The notes beneath the pieces are model-generated. The model saw only the letters and a list, made by a program, of their open reading frames with translations, ran no database searches and had not been told where the DNA came from. A stretch of DNA of 64,000 bases from Piromyces finnis finn (lineage: Eukaryota; Fungi; Neocallimastigomycota): assembly GCA_002104945.1 (NCBI GenBank), contig MCFH01000021.1:558001-622000 (forward strand), written 5' to 3'. Of the stretch, positions 54,107 to 64,000 are shown one piece after another (the first letter of the stretch is position 1; each line of letters opens with the position of its first letter). The position numbers and the translations under genes were made by a program.

Positions 54107-55919
54107 TCATTGTTTGTATCTTCACCATCTTGATTGCCAATGTCAACTACAGTTGATCCATCAGCAACAGTTGTATTATCATCAATTTCCTTCATATCTG
54201 GGTTAGAAGTTTCATCAATTACAGTACTATTATCTGATTCCTTTGATTCTTGTGGTTTCTTGTTTAATCTAACATTCTTTTTAACATGACAGAAACTAAA
54301 GCTAAAAGTGAGCATGGGATAATGATTAAGAAGTTTGTACGTAAACCATCATTATAAGCTTTTAAACCATTTTCACCATAAGAATTAATAAGTTTCATAT
54401 TGACAGATTCTACACTAATCTTTGGATCAAGTTCATGTAATTTTTTTGGAACACGATTATTTAATATAGTGTTGAAAATTGCGATACCCAACAATACCAC
54501 CAATAACTTGGAAGAAGGAGATAACAGCAGTAGTAGAAGCTAAAAGAGCTTTTGGAGCTGAATCTTGAGCAACAAGAATCATGTTTTGACGAGTTAAACC
54601 AGATCCTAAGGCACCAAAACCAATAATTAATAATTGAATAACTGTAGAAGTATGAAGACCTAAAAGACTGTAAACATATCCAGAAGCAAGCAGAAAGATA
54701 AAACCAATAATAAAAAGAATATTAACATGTCCGTGCTTTCCAATATAAATACCACTAGAAATATTTAATACAGTGACAATAATAGACATTGGAGTCATCA
54801 TAAAACCAGAAGTTGTTGCCTTCATTCCACGTACCATTTGGAAGTAAGTGGAAGGTATGTACAAGCACCCATAAAAGCAAAACCAATTAAAGTACAGGCA
54901 ACAATCATACAATTAATGTTTCTAACCTTAAAGATAGCTGGTGGAATAATTGGTTCCTTTGCAAACTTGATTTCGATAGTAATGAAAGCAACTAATAATA
55001 AAGCAAATAAACAGAATAAGAGGATAATTGCCATGAAGACCATTCATAGTCAACACCTCCCCATTCTAAAGCTAATAATAATGCAACTACACCTAAAATT
55101 AAAACAATGGTACCAGCATAATCGACACGTAATAACTTTTTACGAAGATTATCAGAAGGAGTTGGAATTTTGACATATAAGAAGATAATAATAAAAGCAA
55201 TAACAGCTAATGGAACATTGATGTAGAAAGCCCAACGCCATGAAATATTATCAGTAAATAAACCACCAACAAGTGGACCAATGACAGTTGAGAAAGAGAA
55301 TACAGCACCAAGAATACCCATGTATTGACCACGTTTACGAATTGGAATAATATCAGCAATAATAATCATACAAAGTGACATTAAACCACCACCACCAATA
55401 CCTTGAATACCACGGAAGATGATTAACATATCCATATTTTTGGAGATACCACAAAATATGGAACTTGCAATAAATATAACTAAAGCAAATATCATCATAA
55501 CTCTACGTCCAAAAATATCTGCAAATTTACCGTACATTGGTTGGAATGCTGTACTTGAAAGCATATATGAAGTAATAACCCAGGTATAACCACTAATATC
55601 ACCAAATTCTCTAGCGATAGTTGGTAAAGCAGTGGCTACGACAGTCATATCCAAACTAGCTAAAAGACATACAATACATAAAGCAAAAGTAATAGCATAT
55701 AATTTTCCACCAGTGATTTCAAAGGTAACATATTTTCATCGTTTTCATCCTTTATTTTTTTTTGGTCAACTTCCTTTAAATCTTTTACTTCAATATCCTT
55801 TTCATTAAGGGCTAATTCTTGGTTTTTTAATTCATTAATTGTTTTGTCAGTAATATCGACGACTACTGATTCTCCCAAAGTTTTTGGGATTCTTTACGAT
55901 CCACAGTATTATTATTCAT
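54107..55919 (-). pseudogene. Inverted, frameshifted duplicate of the MFS transporter (possibly an assembly artefact)
   Basis: Fragments 55660-55878, 54992-55654, 54822-55043, 54457-54912, 54264-54503 and 54034-54315 match 39878-41695 apart from single-base indels. Confidence 0.85.
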
Positions 55920-58900
55920 ATTTAATTAAAATCTATATAAAAAAATTTAAATTACTTTATTCTCTGTATTAACTTCCTTTTTTTTTTAAAGTTTTAAAAA
56001 TCTTCTTCTTTAATAGTAAAGTTGTTTAAATTTTAATAATAAAATAAGATCTATTTAAACAACTTTACTAATAACTTTTAATAAAAATAAAGTAAAATTA
56101 TAATAAGTTAAAAAAAAAAAAAAAAAAAAAGAAAATACCTCAATTTATATACCTTTTTTTTAAATATATACAAATAATCTATTATTTAATAATAACAATT
56201 TTTAAATAAAATTAGTTTTTTTTTTTTTATTGTTAACATTTATTTAATATATTTAGTAGTTAATATATAACAGTAATATATAATATATTTAAATTAAAAT
56301 AAAAATATTTAATTTTTCGTATATTGTTTTATATGAACTATAAGTTAATAATATATTATAATTTAATATATTTGTTTATTTAATTTACATTGGTTGATAT
56401 ATTAATAATATATTGATTCTTTATGTTTACTTGATTTATAATAAACTTTAAAATAATATATCTATTATATATTAAAAAACTTTTCTATTTATTATATTTA
56501 ATTTCCATTTTTTTCTTTTTTAAAATTTATATATGATAAAAATAATAATATAAAAGATAGTCAATCATATATAGAAATAAAAATTAGTTAAAAGAAAAGG
56601 AATTATTAAAATCAATAATACTGTGAATGAGAGAGAGAAAAAAAAAGTTAATGTATGTTCAATTTAAAGTTTTATTTTTACCTAGAAATTACCATACATT
56701 AACATATCATTAATTTTTAAAGGAATGCTTTTCTAAAAAACCTAGAACTAATTCAATAATAACCTAAGATTAGGTTATTTATATATTAATATATTATCAA
56801 TATAAATAAATTTAATTTATATTTAAATATATTGGTAAATAAATTATTTTTAATTTAAATTTTTATTAAATCAACGATTTCTAAATAATCACCTCATTTC
56901 AACATTATTGTGTTCCTAAAATAATTATCAATTTATATTGGTGGTGATGGTGGTGGTGATTTAGGTAGTATAACAAAATTTATAAAAGCTTAACATTAAT
57001 TACTACGAATAAACTCTAAATGTATTATAGTTTTATATAATTGTTGTATCTAGAGTATTGGGTGTAAAAAATCATAATATCTTTATATTCTTAATTTAGT
57101 ATAATGCATACTTTTTTTTTTTGTTATTTGTTTATACTAAATTTATTTTATAATTTTTTAAAAAAAATTAATATATTATAAACTTATGTATAATTTTCCA
57201 CGAATCAGAATTTAGTATTAAATTTAAAAAAAAAAAAGATCAAATAGAATAAAAATAAAATTTAGGGAAAAAAACCTTTTAATATAAAGGTTTTCATTAT
57301 ATTTCCATATTATATATAGGATGAAATTTCAAAAAAATTATAATTTATAACCATCACATTACCCTTCATAGGTATACTATTTTATTTCCAAAAAAAAACT
57401 TTAACAATAAAGAAAAAAAAAGAAGTAGGGATAATATTCTTTATTAATTTTTTTTCTTTTAAATAAAAAAAAATTGGCACATTTTTTTTAATTATAATAA
57501 AAATTTTAAATTTATTTTACTTAGACACATACCTTGGAATGTGGCGTATGTACTAAATTATAATTTATAATTAAAAGATAAAAAAAAATAGATGATAAAT
57601 ATAATATATGGCTCTAATATATAAATATTATTTGGAAAGATATTGAACTTTAATAATTAATATTTTAATAGTTCCTGAATTTTAAATACTAATAATTATT
57701 ATTAAATAATATATTAACTATATATTAACTATATATTACATTTTTGTATTAATCTATTCATAGGAATTTTTGAAATTTTAAACAGAAAAATTTGACATTT
57801 CAATAATAATATATTACTATATGATAATAATTCAAAAAATTATATTCTGTAATATAAATGTAATATATATTTCAATCATTTTAAATTCTATTAATATATT
57901 AAATAGCATACCAATAAAACAGTTTTATATTTTTATATGATTGGGTATGAATTATATCCAGATGTTTCTATTCTATATATAGAATTTGAAATTATAAAAA
58001 AAATGGTTAAGATTTCTATAATATATAATAATATATTATATGAGTGAGGTCTACCACTTTTTTTATATTTCAAATATATTGAAATATATAGTCAAATAAA
58101 ATATAAATTTTTGTGTTACATTTTTAAAGTATGAAAAATAAAGGTATAAGATGATAGAGAAACCTCCAATGACTATTTTCGCTGAAAATGCAAAAAAAAA
58201 AAAAAAGATTAATGCTTTAAAAGACCTTTCTTTGATATTTGCTTTGCCATATATTGGAATACTAAAAAATATTCTGGTAATTTAGATAGAGTCATTTTTA
58301 TTCCTTCCCTATCGATGCACCTTAAAAATTCGAGTAAATGTTTGTAATTATCATTGCATTTCCATACTTTTGATATTAATTCATTAATTCATCCTAATAA
58401 GCATCTTTATAATTTAAATATTGGATGCCATATAATGTTACATTTCATATTAAAAAAAGGTATAAATGTATTAAAATGTAATGTAGAAAAACGCAATATA
58501 AATTTATTATTTATTCATATGTATATATAGTTCATAATAAAATGTTTTTTTTTTTATCCATATCATTGGATATGTTTCCTTTTTTTCCTATTAAATTTCT
58601 TTCCTATACTTTACTTTATGAAAAAGTTTAAAGCTTATTTCTACCATAAAAAAAGAAACTTTCCCCAATCATAGCACTTTCTTGATCACAATACAAAACA
58701 TGTGCTTTTACTATTTTAAATTTTTTTGGTGGGATAAATTATTTCTTCACAGTGTTTTATCACCATAAATTTTCTGTATAATTTCTAATTAAACTTTATT
58801 AAAAAAAATAAATTTATTTTCTGTTTAAATTTTTTAAATTAATTTGATGGGAAAAAAAAAACTTCCAAAAGTTTTTTTTTTTTTTTTAATTCGTAAGCAC

Positions 58901-60464
58901 CAAAGCAGTCATTTCTCATAGTATGTAAAAAATTGATTTTATATAGAAAGTGACACTTTTAAATACCATAAAAAGGTAGAGAAATTATATTTTAAAACTT
59001 GAAAAATAGTATAATATAAAGAATAATAATAACTTTAAAAAGTTTCTTTTTTTTTATCCTAACTTTAAAAAAATGGCATGATATTAATTAAAAAAAATTA
59101 TTAAAAGAAATTTTAATATAATATTATTCCTACTTATTAAAAAAACAAAGCAAACTATCAATATTATTAAATTCTTCATTATGAATAAAAAAATGTAAAA
59201 GAAATATAAAGTATATTTTATACATGAATACTAAAATATATATATTTATATTATTAATATATTCAGTAAAGAGTTCAAGTTAATGTCATATACTATTCAG
59301 TATGCGTTCATTATAATTGAAGAATTTCATCTTTTTTCTATCGCTTTATAAATTTAATTTCTTTTTTATTAATTTTTAATAGATTTTGATTTTATTATCA
59401 TATGATAAATTAATTTAAAAAACAATTATTTGATTTTTAATTATTAATAAAACAATATTAATTTCTAGTTTTACTTTTTTTTTTTTTAAATATTATATAA
59501 AGAAAAAAAAAATTAAATAAAATAGTAATTATAGCTTTATAATAATAGATAATTTTTTAACCATAGAAAAGGTTTATATATTATATTATAAAATAAAATA
59601 AGTTATAATCCTTTGTTAAAAAAAAAATTAAACATTATAGGGAATAATATGGAAGACAAGTAATGCAAAAAAATATTATATGAAACACAATTTTTTTTTT
59701 TTTTTTTTTTTTTTTAATTAGCAATTAGATAATAATACTAAAAAAGTTTATTATTAAAACAAATAGAATTTGAATAAACTTTTTTTTTTTTTAAGGAAAT
59801 ATTTCAAAATTCAAAATAAAAAAAAAAAAATTGTTTATTTATGAATGAATTGGTCAAAGTGTTGAATAACAAATTCTAACAACTTTAAAAATTTTAATTC
59901 TTTAAGGTGTAGAATGATAAAATAATTATTAAATTACGGATAATTTATAATATTTCTTTTTCTTTTAAAAAAAAATAAAATAAAATATATAGAATAATAA
60001 TTTTAATGACGTTGGATCTTTTTTTTTTTTTTTTTTCAAAGATCCTCATTGAATTTTTTAAACATAAAACTGAAATTTTTGAATATTATTTCATTTATTC
60101 TATTTTTTTTTTTTTAACCGTTATCAAATAATTTTTTAAACTTTAATACATGTTATAAAAAAAAAAATAAAAATAAAAATTGGTTTAAACACAAATGAGT
60201 AAATAAAAAAAAAAAAATCTTTTAAAGTATGACTTTTTTTATTAAATAAAATAGGAAAAGTTTCTATTATTTATATACACTTTATATTCTATAGATGAAG
60301 AATAGTTCATAATATTACTATAAACAACATCTATAAGAAATAGAAAAAAAAAAATATTAAATTATTATCTATTAATTATTATTGCTGCATAGTAAATAAA
60401 TGAATGAAACGAAAAAAAAATTATTTTTAATTTATAAATAGTAGAGAGTATGTTTAATTTAAGT

Positions 60465-61277
60465 CTTTTTTATATTTTTTATTAAATAAGATCATGAAAA
60501 ACTTTAAAAGTATCTTTTTATTAAAATAAAATATAAAAAAGACTCTTTAATTAAAACATACTCTTACTATTTATAAATTAAAAATAATTTTTTTTTCGTT
60601 TCATTCATTTATTTACTATGCAGCAATATAATAATAGATAATAATTTAATATTTTTTTTTTTCTATTCTTATAGATGTTGTTTATAGTTATATGAACTAT
60701 TCTTCATCTATAGAAATAAAGTGTATATAAATAATAGAAAACTTTTCCTATTTTATTAATAAAAAAAGTCATACTTTAAAAGATTTTTTTTTTTTATTTA
60801 CTCATTTGTGTTTAAACCATTTTTATTTTATTTTTTTTTTTATAACATGTATTAAAGTTTAAAAAATTATTTGATAACGTTAAAAAAAAAAAAAATAGAA
60901 TAAATGAAATAATATTCAAAAATTTCAGTTTTATGTTTAAAAAATTCAATGAGGATCTTTGAAAAAAAAAAAAAAAAGATCCAACGTCATTAAAATTATT
61001 ATTCTATATATTTTATTTTATTTTTTTTTAAAAGAAAAAAGAAATATTATAAATTATCCGTAATTTAATAATTATTTTATCATTCTACACCTTAAAGAAT
61101 TAAAATTTTTAAAGTTGTTAGAATTTGTTATTCAACACTTGACCAATTCATTCATAAATAAACAATTTTTTTTTTTTTTATTTTGAATTTTGAAATATTC
61201 CTTAAAAAAAAAAAAAAGTTTATTCAAATTCTATTTGTTTTAATAATAAACTTTTTTAGTATTATTATCTAATTGCT

Positions 61278-61308
<31 letters not shown>

Positions 61309-64000
61309 TTGTGTTTCATATAATATTTTTTGCATTACTTGTCTTCCATATTATTCCCATATAATGTTAATTTTTTTTTTAACAAAGGATTATAACTTAT
61401 TTTATTTATAATATAAATATATAAACCTTTTCTATGGTTAAAAATTATCTATTATTATAAAGCTATAATTACTATTTTATTTAATTTTTTTTTCTTTATA
61501 TAATATTTAAAAAAAAAAAAAAGTAAAACTAGAAATTAATATTGTTTTATTAATAATTAAAAATCAAATTAATTGTTTTTAATTAATTTATCATATGATA
61601 ATAAAAATCAAATCTATTAAAATTAATAAAAAAAAGAAATTAAATTTTATAAAGCGATAGAAAAAAAAGATGAAATTCTTCAATTATAATGAACGCATAC
61701 TGAATAGTATATGACATTAACTTGAACTCTTTACTGAATATATTAATAATATAAAATATATATATTTTAGTATTTCATGATAAAATATACTTTATATTTC
61801 TTTTACATTTTTTTTATTCATAATGAAGAATTAATAATATTGATAGTTTGCTTGTTTTTTTAATAAAGTAGGAATAATATTATAATTAAAATTTCTTTTA
61901 ATAATTTTTTTTTAATTAATATCATGCCATTTTTTTAAAGTTAGGATAAAAAAAAGAAACTTTTTAAAGTTATTATTATCTTTATATTATACTATTTTTC
62001 AAGTTTAAAATATAATTTCTCTACCTTTTATGGTATTTAAAAAGTGTCACTTTCTATATAAAATCAATTTTTTACATACTATGAGAAATGACTGCTTTGG
62101 TGCTTACGAATTAAAAAAAAAAAAAAAACTCTTTGGAAGTTTTTTTTTTCCCATCAAATTATTTAAAAATTTAAACAGAAAATAAATTTATTTTTTTTAT
62201 AAAGTTTAATTAGAATTATACAGAAAATTTATGGTGATAAAACACTGTGAAGAAATAATTTTATCCCACCAAAAAAATTTAAAATAGTAAAAGCACATGT
62301 TTTGTATTGTGATCAAGAAAGTGCTATGATTGGGAAAGTTTCTTTTTTTATGGTAGAAATAAGCTTTAACTTTTTCATAAAGTAAAGTATAGGAAAGAAA
62401 TTTAATAGGAAAAAAAGGAAACATATCCAATGATATGGATAAAAAAAAAAACATTTTATTTATGAACTATATATACATATGAAATAAATAATAAATTTAT
62501 ATTGCGTTTTCTAACATTACATTTTAATACATTTATACCTTTTTTTTAATATGAAATGTAACATTATATGGCATCCAATATTTAAATTTATAAAAGATGC
62601 TTATTAGGATGAATTAATGAATTAATATCAAAAGTATGGAAATGCAATGATAATTACAAACATTTACTCGAATTTTTAAGGTGCATCGATAGGGAAGGAT
62701 AAAATGACTCTATCTAAATTACCAGAATATTTTTTTAGTATTCCAATATATGGCAAAGCAAATATCAAAGAAGGTCTTTTAAAGCATTATCTTTTTTTTT
62801 TTTTTTGCATTTTCAGCGAAAATAGTCATTGGAGGTTTCTCTATCATCTTATACCTTTATTTTTTCATACTTTAAAAATGTAACACAAAAATTTATATTT
62901 TATTTGACTATATATTTCAATATATTTGAAAATAAAAAAAGTGGTAGACCTCACTCATATAATATATTATTATATATATTATAGAAATCTTAACCATTTT
63001 TTTTATAATTTCAAATTCTATATATAGAATAGAAACATCTGGATATAATTCATACCCAATCATATAAAAATATAAAACTGTTTTATTGGTATGCTATTTA
63101 ATATATTATAGAATTTAAAATGATTGAAATATATATTACATTTATATTACAGAATATAATTTTTTGAATTATTATCATATAGTAATATATTATTATTGAA
63201 ATGTCAAATTTTTCTGTTTAAAATTTCAAAAATTCCTATGAATAGATTAATACAAAAATGTAATATATAGTTAATATATAGTTAATATATTATTTAAATA
63301 ATAATTATTAGTATTTAAAATTTCAGGAACTATTAAATATTAATTATTAAAGTTCAATATCTTTCACAATAATATTTATATATTAGAGCCATATATTATA
63401 TTTATCATCTATTTTTTTTTATCTTTTAATTATAAATTATAATTTAGTACATACGCCACATTCCAAGGTATGTGTCTAAGTAAAATAAATTAAAATTTTT
63501 AATTATAATTAAAAAAATGTGCCAATTTTTTTTTATTTAAAAGAAAAAAAATTAATAAAGAATATTATCCCTACTTCTTTTTTTTTCTTTATTGTTAAAG
63601 TTTTTTTTGAAAATAAAATAGTATACCTATGAAGGGTAATGTGATGGTATAAATTATAATTTTTTTGAAATTTCATCCTATAATATAATATGGAAATATA
63701 ATGAAACCTTTATATTAAAGGTTTTTTTTCCCTAAATTTTATTTTTATTCTATTTGATCTTTTTTTTTTTTAAATTTAATACTAAATTCTGATTCGTGGA
63801 AATTATACATAAGTTTATAATATATTAATTTTTTTAAAAAATTATAAAATAAATTTAGTATAAACAAATAACAAAAAAAAAAAGTATGCATTATACTAAA
63901 TTAAGAATATAAAGATATTATGATTTTTTACACCCAATACTCTAGATACAACAATTATATAAACTATAATACATTTAGAGTTTATTCGTAGTAATTAATG
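60465..64000 (+). repeat. Copy 3 (forward again) of the triplicated segment, truncated by the window end
   Basis: Direct match to ~35197-38786, e.g. ATTAAATAAGATCATGAAAAAC at the start and TTTAGAGTTTATTCGTAGTAATTAATG at the end. Confidence 0.95.

Larger units (their letters stand above)
47935..60470 (-). repeat. Copy 2 (inverted arm) of the triplicated segment
   Basis: Reverse complement of ~35258-47930 with many 1-nt indels. Confidence 0.95.

Noticed and set aside
54107-55919. Genuine pseudogenisation of a duplicated MFS paralog
   Set aside because: The lesions are single-base indels with almost no substitutions, which fits sequencing error better than evolutionary decay.

Overview
Extremely AT-rich eukaryotic genomic DNA with short GT-AG introns and long A/T homopolymers. 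Gene content and composition suggest an anaerobic gut fungus (Neocallimastigomycota); this is inference. Bases 1-35 kb are ordinary chromosome: the 3' end of a PL1 pectate lyase, a PRP17/CDC40 splicing factor, a UBE2E-type E2 enzyme, a 1270-aa coiled-coil + LRR protein whose repeats sit on symmetric 69-nt exons, a PRL phosphatase, an intact recent Ty3/gypsy element (22183-29866; 4-bp TSD, tRNA PBS, -1 frameshift signal) and an SKN7-like HSF/response regulator. From ~35.2 kb the window is one segment repeated forward (35.2-47.9 kb), inverted (47.9-60.5 kb) and forward again (60.5 kb to the end). The segment carries a 14-TMS MFS transporter and an APE-type non-LTR retrotransposon. The triplication may be a real inverted amplification, but the many 1-nt indels favour a long-read fold-back artefact. 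The most unusual object is the LINE: apparently one ORF (putative RRM + APE + RT + CCHC), a 67-bp copy of its own 3' coding end at its 5' boundary, tandem 124-nt triple-hairpin monomers, a possible 5'UTR intron and a structured 3' end. No tRNA, rRNA or CRISPR array was seen.
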